From positions 1 to 64,000 of the forward strand of contig CBFFRP010000123.1 in NCBI GenBank assembly GCA_965644295.1: a stretch of 64,000 bases of DNA, read 5' to 3'. The translations under genes were made by a program, and so were the position numbers. This DNA comes from Paraphysomonas bandaiensis (Eukaryota > Protista > Chrysophyceae). Positions 38,901-51,484 of the stretch are shown here, piece by piece. Numbering within the stretch: the first letter of the stretch is position 1; every line of letters begins with the position of its first letter. The notes under the pieces were generated by a model. That model worked only from the letters and a program-made list of their open reading frames with translations, was not told the origin of the DNA and did no database searches.

Positions 38901-40696
38901 CCTCCTCGAGCTGGACAATTTAAGTATACTGCTATATCGGCCGAGAAATTTGGACGAACGGAGTCCTCATCCTTTGTCCGAAAACTTACTCTGGTGATCT
39001 TCGCCCTGGCGCATACATCACATAGACACTGTTCTTTGGAAACACGTTTCGAGAGATGTTTTCGTTTCAGTCCAGTCCCAATAATTAGCATTCTTTTGTG
39101 GGCTTCTACCAACGCATGCTTGTTAAAATGACCCGCTCTCCTATGTAACAGCTCCAGTTCATCCTCACCCGTACGGTCACTGAGATTTACTTCTGAATCA
39201 CTGGATGTCGATACGTCTGGAAGCTCCAATAACTGCTGTGTTGGCACAGCAGTCATTCCATTCTTCATAGGTCCCTCCAACACCAGCTCATCCGTATTTC
39301 TGTCATATATCTGTATACCATACCATACAGTAAATCGATATCCCATATCGTTCAACTTCCGTCCAGAACAAAGACACCGATTTATCTGACTTGATACCTC
39401 AATGTTCTTCCATGCTCCACGGGAACCTACACTCGTGACGCATATCTCTGACCCTTTTTTCGAACCATTAATAACCTTTGATGTGTGCATATGACTATCA
39501 AGTATATTCACATCATTTATCAAAAACATTGATGACGAACAACAGGTATCAATGTATGTATAGTGAATATCCTCATGCACACTACTGCATATATTCGTCT
39601 CATACACATTACATGACAAGTGATACTCTTCCTGTTGCTCGATCATATTTGCTTCGTCTTCGTCAGACAAATCCGCTGGCTCTCCACGCCTGATGTTTTC
39701 AACTGTAAGTAGTCTTTTGTCTGGTTTCCTTCCATCTTGAAACCTCACAGCCTTGCTCTTGCTTTGCGAGTACTTCTTTTTCGATGCTGGACAATCGATG
39801 GCAAGATGTTCCTTTGACTTACAATTTCTGCACCCAGTATATTCGGCACTTCCAGGTCGCTGCCCTGTAATCTCTGTATCCTTCTTCATCGGCTTCTTCT
39901 TACCGTTGTTCTTCTTACGATGATCCCTCTCTCTGCGATATCGTTTCTTACTGTCTATCAGGTTCAGCTCCTCCACTCTTTTACGCTTCTTCTCCAACGC
40001 TTCCTTCCCAGCCATAGTATCATCATAGCCTTCTATCTTACGTGATACAGTTACATAATTAACATCATCATCCATCAAGTATAATCCAACTCTCAGTTGA
40101 GCATACTCTTCATTGAGCAAGCCTTCTCGTAGTCGACTTGTTTTTGATACCTCCGAGATATCCTGCTGCTGCTCCTGTAGTTCCTTCAGCAGTAGTTCGA
40201 ACCGTAGTACGTAGTCCTTCGCCGTCTCCTCCGGACGCATACGGAAAGAACCATATTGAGTTAAGAGGTCACTGATCCTATTTTGCTTCCCTCCAGCAAA
40301 ACACTTCTTCAACTCATCAATCATTACATGTGTTTTGAACCTGTTTACACCACTCCCTTCTGCCTTGAACGCTTTGTGGGTAAGATGGAATTTACGCAGC
40401 GCTTTCGGGGAATGCTGCACCGCATCCCTGCAGTAAGAATAAGCTATGGCGTTCGCCTTCCAATACCTCTTCACAGCCTGTCTGTACGCCTTCTCCTCCA
40501 TCAACGTAAGTGGCTGCTCCCCGAAGTCGCTCTCCTTAGGTGGCAGTTCCACCGCTACCTCGCTTTGTTCCTTCCTCATAAGGAATGTCTCGAAGTCCTC
40601 AATCCATTGTTCAACGTTAGTCTCGTTGAACTGAGGAACTACTCCTCTATCCTCCTTCTCTCCTCCTCGCTCGCTACCATGTTGGGAAATGCTCAT
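35984..40696 (-). CDS. copia Gag-Pol polyprotein, 1570 aa
   Basis: Zn knuckle CRNCKSKEHLAIDC; protease IDTCCS; integrase HRRAGH..CDVC and D-D-E (SAD, HADG, EER); RT YVDD; RNase H DSDWAG; order PR-IN-RT-RH. Confidence 0.96.
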   Translation of the reverse strand: MSISQHGSERGGEKEDRGVVPQFNETNVEQWIEDFETFLMRKEQSEVAVELPPKESDFGEQPLTLMEEKAYRQAVKRYWKANAIAYSYCRDAVQHSPKALRKFHLTHKAFKAEGSGVNRFKTHVMIDELKKCFAGGKQNRISDLLTQYGSFRMRPEETAKDYVLRFELLLKELQEQQQDISEVSKTSRLREGLLNEEYAQLRVGLYLMDDDVNYVTVSRKIEGYDDTMAGKEALEKKRKRVEELNLIDSKKRYRRERDHRKKNNGKKKPMKKDTEITGQRPGSAEYTGCRNCKSKEHLAIDCPASKKKYSQSKSKAVRFQDGRKPDKRLLTVENIRRGEPADLSDEDEANMIEQQEEYHLSCNVYETNICSSVHEDIHYTYIDTCCSSSMFLINDVNILDSHMHTSKVINGSKKGSEICVTSVGSRGAWKNIEVSSQINRCLCSGRKLNDMGYRFTVWYGIQIYDRNTDELVLEGPMKNGMTAVPTQQLLELPDVSTSSDSEVNLSDRTGEDELELLHRRAGHFNKHALVEAHKRMLIIGTGLKRKHLSKRVSKEQCLCDVCARAKITRVSFRTKDEDSVRPNFSADIAVYLNCPARGGEIYVLKLTHHASRMFWSEGLVHRTGSSVLQVFKKIFEGDVKRYKLEMHHYHADGAGELICDELRQYLRSQGCYQHTWSSTDSPEMNAIEERKFRTCGEMTLAMLIQSGLPSQFWLDAYMAARYILIRLPTKTAKGYMSPLEFLTGEAPNLKYLRVWGCRAYVLTTKADRRKDWDDKALIGYLIGYSDEKVGYDVYLPATDRVVTSVHVLTDESIPSRSESYFAEIDALRVKEAERPKIVSDYAGLEGTYHIDDEDGLLYKTTRVVERKGVIVAYRSLVTAGRKHIEHRVPIHVEDVVRMTAETPGNTGYIGKGDALSTMPARVLDQGRPGGLQESPDPTCQETAVRLQTSEDYESGVVSGAPPTTHDVRAQDEQGMGSYIPRRPIELDGDGRVRRKRLQRRLANASVLGEINMVEVPDAHNIDLNHAETEDIKIPNSYAEAERSPQYQQWRKARMVEKTSLLKRRVLKIVKIPSGVKLVRAKYVHTVKRDILGNIVKYKARLVALGNLQEKKEEEPSTFAPVVKGITIRLVLAIAFMLQMHVHQLDVSSAFCYADLEDDVYMAPPPDEELLAGWCFQLIKALYGLRSSPRQWNKHIDKFIKSLHFTPCILDTCLYMRWSNGKLHLLLIYVDDIIIASADLTYLESVKRRFCETFEMHDLGVCKRFLNIRITRGENWYMLDQSEYAKNIIKKFSSVMGKSSKNKEAPLPTNVQDLLAEERELTEEQKQWVDSFPYRQIIGAVLYLAMHTRPDLAYAVGLLSRFSSCPTYASCKLAIHLLKYLRGTIDEGIRFSGSEFDLHVFSDSDWAGDRLTRRSTTGYIVFLCAGALAWQSKLQTTVATSSMESEYMAEYAAMQELVWLRGVFKELGLLVAKPTPFFMDSKSAKDLSENPVYHKRSKHIDIKYHWVREHVNGKFPTAKLIHVSTDDMAADIFTKALSTKLFSRHEKTITGVKRSVSTRVEEQQKKRPRRG
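40668..40679 (-). other. Primer-binding site TGGTAGCGAGCG (probably initiator tRNA-Met)
   Basis: Immediately inside the 5' LTR; TGG complements tRNA CCA; TGGTAGC matches iMet-type PBSs; tRNA identity is inference. Confidence 0.7.
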
Positions 40697-40972
40697 TTTA
40701 CTTAGATCAAAGAGAGATTAAGTTGTTAGACTAGATAGATTTATTAATATCGTTTACACGAATTGTGTTAAACAACACAAGCTCGTTTTGTGCCATGCAT
40801 AAATCACTACTTCTGTAGACCTTTCGCTACTAAACATATCTTGAAAGAGCAAACTATTTCAGTTTTCTCAATATCATAACAGCATCTACACATCACCATA
40901 CTTCACTGTATTCTCGTACATTGTCTTCAAGTACCACATTGAATATACTAGGATACAGTCCATATTCTAATA
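40680..40972 (-). repeat. 5' LTR (293 bp), contains the gag ATG (40696)
   Basis: Direct repeat of 35518-35810. Confidence 0.95.
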
Positions 40973-41388
40973 GAGAGAGAGGACGATTAATTAAATTGTT
41001 GGATAGCATGATACACGATTGCATTCCATTTTAAGTGGCCGCATATAAGTGTAGGAAAGGTTGTCAATTGTCAAGGCAGTCCAGTCGATGTCAGACCTCA
41101 TAGGACCAAAGGTAAAATATATTAATTTTGGTTTGCATCAGTTCCAGTTACGGGTAGTTTACGGTTTTAGATTTTAAAATTTATAAGTACGAAGATTTTT
41201 AATTTTCCATAACTGCTTGCATGCTAACAGTATAATATATCAAGCTTAAGCTCAGTAGGCATATATTAATTACGAACACGCTATATGTAGCACACAAAAC
41301 ACAAATAATTACGAACACAAGCGGCACAGACGGCACAACAAGTCATTGATACGTCAGATGTGCACAAGACAACACAACAGTTTCCCAA

Positions 41389-42608
41389 CTACCTACGACT
41401 CAGCAACAACTTTTGTTCAAGAGTTTTGGCTAACAATCGCTGCTTAACTGGAGAAGAAGTGAGCTCTGTCTGTTCAATTCCTACGGACAAAAGAGTGCTC
41501 TGGTGAGCAGGCCGCGAGGGCGGTGGTTGTGGGCAAGAGACATTTCTGGCTGCCCACATCTCTGATGTCGAGTGCTGTATTTCTATCTTTGGCGTGCTTA
41601 CACCCGATTCCGTTGTAGTTTCCACGAAAGGTGCTTCTTCATTTATACGTTTGCAGTCATTGTGCATAAGTTTCATTGGTTCCTCACAGCTTGAAGCGAG
41701 AAGCTTAATCCGCTCCCAGTCAACACTATGCCTGATATGCGACCACCGTTGGATAGAGTCGTCGTAAAACCAGATCTTTAAGAGTTTAACCGCACGTAAA
41801 TACTCAACACGGTTAAGCTTAGCAGGACCATATATATGACTTAAGATAGTATTTTGGAGGTCGGTGAACACGCAGTCCTTGAATACCGTCATATTGATGG
41901 CATCCCCTCCCTTGTCTCTCTCTTGTAAGATATCTGATTTCGACGACATCATCAGCGACTGGTAGCGATATAGAAGCATTCTCATAACAGGAGGCGCAAT
42001 TCCATCAGCAAATGGCGACTCCTGACTTTGATTCATGAGCTCTTTTCCAGCTGTCCTCGCAATAGGCTTTGATCGCAGAGGAGACACAGGTCGACCAGAT
42101 TTGTCTAGTGGGCGCTGCTGAAATTTCGCCCATGCAGGCTTGGTCGTTTTTAAAACTGGAAGACAGGCAACTTGTTGAAAAATTTGTGGTCTGGACTCAT
42201 ACTATACCACAACTACATAAGAAAGTGAATTTTATCGAGTCACATAAGTACCTTTCTTCGGGGTCCCTCTCTCTTTCCACGCGACCTTCGGGATGGAACA
42301 CGAGGAATCATTATATCTCTAAAATATTGTCCCGCAACATCGCCATACTCATCCATACGGTCTAATGGGCTACCAGGAGATGTACCCCTAGAGGTCATAG
42401 CCAATTCTGTTGAGCTATGAAAGGGGTCGATATAATCCCTCTCTTCAGTCTTATTCTTTTGTGACTTATTACATGTCCGAATAAGACTCACTCGAAATTT
42501 TGATGTATCAAATCCAGATGGATAATTATGATATTCAGAATTGGTTATATGGGATGGAAAGGAGTTGTAGTGTGAATGATCTCTGTTAGTATTCAGAGAT
42601 AGAGACAT
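41389..42608 (-). CDS. Hypothetical protein (probably two exons)
   Basis: ORFs 42240-42608 and 41389-42087 on the same strand with a plausible short intron near 42210-42250; no recognised domain. Confidence 0.55.
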
Positions 42609-42789
42609 TTGATTATAATATGATCTTATTTACCCACACAGGTAATACTAGAATATCATATCCTGCTCTACACTTGGATGCATGTTATTATATATAGAAT
42701 GATAATGATGTGTTAGTGTGGTCATGGAATAGTGTATGTATACGCCATAGTATGGTACACGTACATCCCACCTGTAACGTTTAACATGC

Positions 42790-43148
42790 GTATGTATGTA
42801 TGTATGTATGTATGTATGTATGTATGTATGTATGTATGTATGTATGTATGTATGTATGTATGTAGGTAGGTAGGTAGGTAGGTAGGTAGGTATGTATGTA
42901 TGTATGTATGTATGTATGTATGTATGTATGTATGTATGTATGTATGTATGTATGTATGTATGTATGTATGTATGTATGTATGTATGTATGTATGTATGTA
43001 TGTATGTATGTATGTATGTATGTATGTATGTATGTATGTATGTATGTATGTATGTATGTATGTATGTATGTATGTATGTATGTATGTATGTATGTATGTA
43101 TGTATGTATGTATGTATGTATGTATGTATGTATGTATGTATGTATGTA
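42790..43148. repeat. Compound microsatellite (TATG)n-(TAGG)n-(TATG)n, ~360 bp
   Basis: Directly visible; TAGG block at ~42863-42890. Confidence 0.98.
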
Positions 43149-43360
43149 TACCGGTATACGATTTATGTATTTGTCGTATTTTGTTCCATTTCTTCTTTAT
43201 TTGTTTTATGGGTTGTGTGTGAGTGTGTGTTTTTACTGGTAGCTACTGGTACGGTACACACATATTGACTTATTATTAATGTCGTGTGGTCTCTGCTACC
43301 CTCACGTATATATATCACCAACATATCTCATCAAACTTACCGCGAGAGTGGATTATTGTA

Positions 43361-46300
43361 ATGTCAAATCAACGTAAAGGCGTTACTTCAAGTAGTGTTC
43401 CTTCACAGAAGAGATATGTTGATCGTAATTTAAATAGCAGTCTAACTAAAGCTCCTACGAATTCTACTCATGGTAAAGAAATTGATTTTATATTATTCTT
43501 ATATTAGTTTTATTTTTTGCATCAGGTAATCAACAAGGGAAGTTGTTAGTTTTACAGAATAATGCAAAGTCTAGAGCTGTGAAATCTGCTGTGGGGGTAT
43601 CTGCTGCGCCAACTCCTGTTAATACATCCAGTCTTAAACGGGAGAATAAAGGAAAAGATACATCAGTTAATCTTGTTCCTGTTGGTACTACTGTATGGGG
43701 GCAATCTTCTGACGCGAAGCAGAATGATACGAGCCCGACTGCACCTGTTGAGGAAAAAAACGCAAGTCCAACTGCTGCCAAACCGGCACCTTGGGCAAGG
43801 CCTTCCCAACAGGAGTCGGCGGATACTACCAACACCCAAACCGCTTCTGCTGACACTAGTAGCACCCAGCGGGAAAGCAAAATGCGCAGCTGGACAGTAG
43901 ACTCTGATGATGAGGAAGAGGCATCGAAACCGGTGGCTGTTCCCACTTACGCTAACCCCGCGGCTGCTGCTGCCGCTACTTCCTCCCCAATGGTACCACA
44001 TCCTCAAGCACGAGCAGATGACTCTTACCGCACTCCTCACATGCCTCCACAGGATTTTCGTGACCGTCATGTAGGGCCGGGGCAGGGTGGCCGACAACAC
44101 TGGCAGCATCATGGGCCAGGACCCTATGACGGAGACAGGGGGCACTCCCACACTGGTGACTACTATAACAAGGGAGCGCGGTACGGACACCACGGAGGAC
44201 CAGAGGGTTCGCACTATCGTGGTGATTCTCGACATGGTCCCCAAGATGGTCGATATGGGCGTGGCTATGGACACTCGCACCATCAGGAAGGCTATGGCCA
44301 GTACGGGCATCGTGGAAGATCTGACCACTACTCCAGAAGTGGTGGTGGAGCATTTTCGGAACCATCTGAGTGGTCTGCAGGGACTCACCATTCAAGGGGC
44401 CTACCACCGAATATGTCAGGCAGTATGGGTGTAGCCCCGTCTAACATTGCCCCTGTACTTGATAGTAGCAATACCGAGAGTATGACAGAGGAGCAACGTG
44501 CCCTCGAAAATGCACGGCTAGAGCGTGAGCAGTTGGAGCGTCGTAAGCGGGAAGAGAAAGCCAAACGCGAAGCCGAAGAGCGGGAGAAACAGCGACTGGA
44601 ACAGGAACGTTTGGAGAAAGAGAAACAAGCAGCTGCTGCAGAGGCTGCGAGACGGCAAAAAGAAGAGGATGAGAGGTGGACCCGCAAGAAGCTCCCATCA
44701 CCCCCTCGTGCCACACCTCAGCAGCAAGTTCCCCCTCAGAGGTATGTGTTCCTTAAATGCTTTATATAAATGAGATGTGCTAATTCAGCATCAGGGGAAA
44801 CTTTGGTAACATCTCTCCTAGATTTTCTCAGCAGCGCCAACATCAAGCCCCCCATACAGGTGGCGCACCGTACGGTGCTCACCCACCTGCTCCACCGCAC
44901 CACCGATACGATGAGAGAGGTAGTGAGCGAGAAGGCGGACCTTACCACCATCATCAAGGAGGCCTCAGGGGACAGCAGCGCATGGGTCACTCTGGAGGAT
45001 TTCCTCCGAATCGCCAGGGTCCTGGTCACATCCAACCGCCGTCTGCAGGAGCAGCGCCCACCCATATTCACACAAGGGGTGCCCGTCATCAGCAAGAGGA
45101 ATACAGGGGACAGTCACAGTATGTAGAAAGTGGCAGAAGATCGAGGGGGGCATCAGAAGATGCTGGGATGGCGTCAGCGACAGTTAGTGGGGATGGAGGA
45201 GCTAATGAGAGCGCCAGGACTGCCGCAACGAATCCTACTCGAATCTTGCAGCATCCTCCGCGCATGTTGTTTGACCATAAATCAGGGGAGATGGTGGAGC
45301 AATCTGCAGTGTCGGGAAGTAATACTAACAAGCCACCTACTGTAGCAAGACGGGACCGGGGTATGTCTGAGAGCTCTACCTCCAGCGATAAACACAAAGG
45401 ACACAGTGAAGCCGCCTGGAGAAACGCACCGTCGAGTGTGAATGGCAAAGCTGGTGTTAAGGCTGCGGACGAGCATGTAACAGAAGAACAGCGTAGGCGA
45501 GAAAAGCGCGCTGCAGAAATTCGTGCAGCTGCATTGGAAGAACAGAGAGTAAAAGAAGAAAAGGCGAATGCTCTAAGGGAAGCTAGAGCAAAGGAAAGGG
45601 CTGAGCGTGCACCCCGCACACAAGGTGTTCTTTACCGCTACGCTGAAGACGGAACACTAGAGCGAGTTCTGACGGAAGCAGAAAAGCAGGAATACGCGGC
45701 TCGAGATGAGGCGAGACGAATGGAAAAGGAATATATAAGAGAGAAGCACGCTGAGAAGGAGAGAAAGAAGCTGGCAGCCAAGAAACAACGCAAGGAGAAG
45801 CTGACAGCCGCCGCTTTGGCTGAAGCAGAGAAAAATTCAGAGCAAGAGGTTGTAGAGGCATCGTCAAGAGAAATTACGATGGTCGAAATGCTAGAAAAGA
45901 TGGAAATCAGTAGTGACGACATCCTGCAGCAAACGGTTGAATTTGTCGAGGTGAAGAGCCGGCGCACTATATCCCAGGAGAAACGTGACAGCAAAGGCGG
46001 GCGTGGCTCAGAGAGTAGCACTAGTGGACCATCCCAGCAACGTGAAGGTAAAGGGGACAAAATTTCCTCTAGGAACAAAGCAAGGGGGGGTAAGGACTCA
46101 CAAGGAGCATCCCAAGGCGACTCCCCATCCAGCGATTCGCCTCCCACTGTGGCACCGGCACCATTACCGCTGCCTACTAAACCTGCATGGCAGGCACCTA
46201 AGTCGACTCTAGTGGACCTCGGAGTACTCCCTGCTGATACCAAGGTTGAAGATACAGCCCCTGCGGAAGACGTAAGGCCAGCCGAGGAGGGCGAAGTCAA

Positions 46301-47295
46301 GAGTGCTCTGCGAGGCAAGAATGATAAAAAGATGACTCGTGCTGAGAAGGCCAAAGAGAGGAGTGACCGCATTCAGATGCGCAGGGAAATTAAAGAAAAG
46401 AAGATAAAGGAAAAGGAAGAACAGAAAAAGCGCAAAGATGTCGCTGACGATACAACACGGCAGTCTAGGGGGGGAGCAGCTAAGTTTGACACTCGCGCCG
46501 CCAAGAATTACCTCCTTAGCGCCGCTATGTCTTCTGCGCCCCGCAAAAACGAAAGCGATACCTCCGAAAACGAACCGGCAACTCCCACTGAAGGAAATGT
46601 AGTAGAAAACGAAAGGTGAGTTGACATTCGCTGAATTGGGATTGGCGTGTTTTGATGTGTTTTGTAGCAGTACTGTGCCCCAAGACGAGGCCGACGTCAC
46701 AGTTGTAGACAGTAATAATAGTCCCGTTGACAATGAGGGAGATGGTGCAGAAGAAGGGGGCGCTTCTCGCGTGGTCAAAGGTGGCAAGGGAAGAAGTCGA
46801 GACGGCAGCCAAACATCGCGGTACGGTAGGCGTGGTGGTGGTTCAGGAACAGGGGGCGCTAAGCCCAGTCCACGTGGTCGCAAGCAGGACAGTGGGGAGG
46901 TGCCAACTGGAGAGAATGCAGTCAGTGGTAGCAGTGGGAAGGTGCCAAGTGGAGAGAGTGGAGTCAGCGGTAGTAGTGGAAAGGGATCGGGACGTGGTGG
47001 AGGAAAGGGTGGAAAGAAAAATGCACATGCAGTCGAAGGAAAACAGAGTGGAGGCCCGCCCCAGTCAACGAAAGCAGCAGATAGCAGCTCAGGAGGGCGA
47101 AGGGAAGGTACTAGCGGTGGTCGGGGTGGTAGTGGAAGGAAGTTTGGGGCAGGTGAGAGTTCGAGACCTGGTAGAGGAAGTGGTGCCTCTTCATCGAAAA
47201 GAGGCCCACCCGCTACCCCCAAAGGCCCCCCAGCGAGAGGCCCACCTAGCAAATCTCCAGCTCAAAACTCCTCAGCGCGGTCACAGAGCAACTAA
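43361..47295 (+). CDS. PRRC2/BAT2-like low-complexity protein
   Basis: BAT2_N-like motif PTPVNTSSLKRENKGKDTSVNLVPVGTTVWG; charged coiled coils; RG/RGG-rich segments; four exons (introns ~43473-43525, 44742-44788, 46616-46667). Confidence 0.75.
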
Positions 47296-47606
47296 TTGAC
47301 GCTTATGTACGGACTTAGGAGCCGAGTTCTGTTTGTGTCCTTGCATTATTATATATGCTCCTGATAATTATGACTAGCTAACGGGTGTCTACTAATGAAT
47401 CAATTATACTTCAAATTAACAAGCTTTAAATCTAACCAGCAAGTATATAGTTTTTTCAGACTACTAAAGTTTTTGCCAGATAATGGTGAAATTGCTTTCG
47501 CTTCATCATTCTTTGCGAATCACCTTGTAATTTATGAGGGGGAAAATAATAATATGAGATATAGTATAGAGACTAGAGTTATTCCCTAAACAAAGTGGGA
47601 TACTAA

Positions 47607-48130
47607 CCTTTTCGTAGTGTTCTGGGTTCTGGGGGATAAGTACTGGAGATAATTATCCGGGAAACTACCGTGAGCCGCATTTATAGTCAATAGTCTGCAG
47701 ATAGCGTTCTGCCCACTCATAGCTAAATGCTTGTGTGGGTCACGAATATAAGTGTCACTTGTGTAGACTTCTTTGGGAATGGGCCCACCTCAAGGGCATC
47801 CGGGGTATTGGGCTGCCTAATAAAGTCAGGCGTCTTGGCTAGTTCACCTCAACCGAATAGCCTGATTTTCATACTGTTATAAATAAATAATACTTTTCAT
47901 ACTGTTATTATCTTCATAGTTACTTATTGTGCATAGTTATACCCTTTTCCAACCATCATCAAAAATTTCACCAGGTTTTACACAAAAACCAGGTTTTGGT
48001 ATTACCTCGACTTCTTACAAAATGTCAAGTGGTTGCACCTTTGTGCTTGCGGTGACGCACAATCAGCTTTCGTAGCGCAAAAGAGTAGGGTATTGGAGCT
48101 TAGCACTAGTTAGTTAAATTGTTTTGCTAT
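47607..48130. repeat. Diverged dispersed repeat, copy B (reverse complement of ~13645-14050, with extra internal sequence)
   Basis: Colinear blocks match copy A in inverted orientation. Confidence 0.75.
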
Positions 48131-50197
48131 ATGAGTTCTGACCTATATTGCTAATAATCAGACTAGTGTTATATATTATTAATTACGGCAGTTAGTTTTT
48201 GTACTTTGTAAAATATTTCATTTCGATATCTTGAACATACAGCAGGGGAGGAAATCATGTTAATAAGAAATTTATCAGGATGATAGAAAAGTGAATAAAA
48301 GTAGTATGTCAATACATACATCAACATGATGAGTAGTTGTTGTTGGCTGTCATTGGAGTTAAAACTTGGTTTGATAGTATACAGCTGTATGTAGTATACA
48401 ATTAATGTAGTTGGATAGCTAGCAACAGTGTGACAGCAGTATATAGGTATACAATAGGGCTCGGGAACAATAGATTTCAATACAAGAGTATACTAGAATG
48501 CGGTGTATATGATGACAAATGCGTAGTTTGTAGCCTATTGAATTTAGTTAAATACGGTGTAATACAGGGATATATAGGGAACAATATTTTGCAATACTAT
48601 TGTTAGATAGCGTTCCGTTAATAATACTGCAATATAGTAGTACCATCAATCAGTACGAAGTAAACCATTCTGTAGATTCCATACTATTAGTACAAGTTAG
48701 TCATTAAGATCATAATAATCGAACCCACTACTGCTTATTATAGCTATAGTAGTAGCTATATTCCTCATACTCATCCTCTCTGAGTCATCATCGTTGGCGA
48801 CGTCAAAATCATCATTATTCATTCAAAAATTTTGATATAATATATATATATTATGTTTGTAATTCTATTCTCAAAATTCGAAACATTAGCAATATTATAA
48901 TAAGTCGGTGTGATCCTGAAACCTCGTAATATTATATTATATGAAACTGTTTTCAGTAGTGAAGGGATACCTAGCCCCTCAATAAGTCGTCAAAAATGTT
49001 CTGGCATTCATAGTAATTCACTTGACTTGAGCCTCCGTCTGAAGCTGATTCGAAACGCTTTCAATCTTTTTCAGGCGCCGTCTACAAGGGCGGTGATTTC
49101 GGATTTATGTGGAGCAGCAGTAGGAATTTAATCAGTCACTGCATGCGGTAACTCTTCGATTTTTGACAGGATCTTATATACGCAACCACTTTATAGTAGA
49201 ATCTAAAAGATAAAGGACCACCTCTTGTGACATTTATTCTTTCCGATAGCAGACTAGTTTGTGGCCACGCAGCCAACAAGCATTTCTTAGTCTGCTACTA
49301 CTTCCTCATTAGCCTTTTCTTGCTTATTTCGCTTCTCTTTTCTACCGATTAAGTTGATGAGATACACTCTACAGTTAAGAAGCTTACTGTCTGATATACA
49401 AAAAGCTGTATAATATATACTATGACAGTCAAAAAATTGATTGCAGTATAAGCCACTTTAACAGAAATAATATCAATGAAGTATTTGGCCGGTCCACCAA
49501 TCAATGTATTGTTCCCTATGTACCACTGCTGTTGTAATGTACAGTCCAATATGTACTTATTATCTTAGTATATAGGCAAGGTGTAGTGAGAGTGTAGTCA
49601 GTGATACTTGACTTGATAGATTGGAGTGCAAGCAATTATTATCACAGATAACCTCTGTCTGACAAAACAAGTCAATAACACTCTCTTCTACTATCAACGT
49701 GTGGCTTGTCAGCGCCTCACAGCATGGGTTTTAACAGCTGTGTAAATATTACAATAATTTGATATTATATTTTTAAATACCAAGCCTACATACTAAAGTA
49801 TACTAAAGTTCAACTCTACTAATTATGTCGCCTTCTAGCACCCTATACAATCAAAGGATTTCAGTTTCTCTAATTTAACTCATATCATACCATTAGTTCA
49901 TGTACTACTGTTTCAACTGCTGTATTCTTAAACTAACAGTCATAATTCGAATATCTTAAAATGAAGCTCTTACTCACTTATAAGTACACTTAAAGATTTT
50001 CGCCTAATATAGGAAGTGTAAAATTGTTCTGGTGACTATTAATTATTTATATTTCTATAGTTTTATATCAACATGTATGTGTAATAGATACTAGCCATTC
50101 CACTTCAAAATCAAAGCATTCTTTCATTGTACAAGTAATACTACGCTCGAACATGCACTGGTTATAGATGCGTGTCGTGGAAAGAGAATGGTATCAC

Positions 50198-51348
50198 TTA
50201 AGAATTTAAGTTTGCACATAACTGTTCGTACACTGATACAGGTATTTCAACAGTTCCCGTTTCAAGGTTTTTCGCTTCTACCTCATCTCCCCTTTCCCCT
50301 GGCAAATATATGTTCTCTACACCTGGAAGTTTGCGAGAGTTCTTGACTCTATCACACATCACTGCTGCTCTCTCCTGGAAATCTTCCAGTGTGCCAAACT
50401 CATTCGGATCCAAAGCAATCACCAGACTTCCCCAATTTTTGCTCTCTGTTTTGTTTTCCATGGCAGCTCCACTCATGGCTCCAGCGAGTAGCTCGATCAT
50501 CAACGCTAGGTGACTCCCTTTGTAAGACCTAGTTTAAGCGATTTACATCCTCAATGACTGATATGGTGCATTCATTACCTGTCAAATACACGGAGGGCTC
50601 CCTTGAGGGCATCAGCAGCAGAAGTAGTGGCGTTACCCTGAGCATCGTACGCAATATCATCTGGTATCGGCTTTCCTTCAGCAGCGGACGTAACTAACCC
50701 GAACCATGCCTCTGCACTTGTGGCCATATCTAGCACTTGGTGACGAGGAGCAGTGGGCAAACCGATGGCGATAGGATTCGTGCCAAATATTGCCTCATAA
50801 GACCCATAAGGTGCAACCATTTCCGGACACTACAAGTATAGTAAGGATGAATTCGAAGATGGATAGAAGTGTACCTGGCACATAACGATACCAACATAGC
50901 CAGCACTAGCTATTCTCTTGACCCAGCCTCCCAATGCACCCGTAGCAGAAGAATAGTTAGAACAAGCTATAGCGGCTATTCCATGCTGCGATGTCTTCTC
51001 AATAACCATATCAACTGCTTTGGCTACAACAGCCATACCAATTCTCTGTCCACCATCAAGTTTAGCTGTTAGTTTGGACTCTCTAACAACTGTAATATCA
51101 GTAGCATTAGGATTGGGTTGTAATGCCCCACTAACTAGTTTAATCAATCCTATATAACGAATATTACATGAATAACATGCGTGTATATGTATATATATGA
51201 TACCTTGATTGTTACCACGTAATTCAGCGTACATAAGTATATCAGTCGATATAGCCGCATCTTCCGTATTAAATCCTGCTTTCAGTAATGCTTGTTCAGT
51301 TAATGAACGTATATGAGATATATTATATCGAATAGATTGTGAAGACAT
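50198..51348 (-). CDS. Ldh_2-family (type 2 malate/L-lactate/sulfolactate-like) dehydrogenase
   Basis: GTNPIAIG, LDMATS, YKGSHLALMIELLAG, YLPGER; four exons. Confidence 0.88.
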
Positions 51349-51484
51349 GATTTTAATTGAAGATAATTATATATGACTGAGTATAATGAGAGGAGTTGTT
51401 AATGTATGTATGTATATATATATGTGTGTGTGTTGGTAGAGGAGTGTATACTGTACTATATATGGATCTTCTGCTTGTGTAGAG

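Larger units (their letters stand above)
35518..40972 (-). mobile_element. Complete Ty1/copia LTR retrotransposon (5455 bp), apparently intact
   Basis: Two 293-bp LTRs identical by eye, 5-bp TSD GAGAG (35513-35517, 40973-40977), PBS, PPT and an uninterrupted gag-pol ORF. Confidence 0.97.

Noticed and set aside
42892-43268. ORFs encoding (MYVC)n
   Set aside because: Translation artefact of the (TATG)n microsatellite
43530-47252. Long antisense ORFs over the PRRC2-like gene
   Set aside because: Expected shadow frames of GC-richer low-complexity coding sequence; no domain signal
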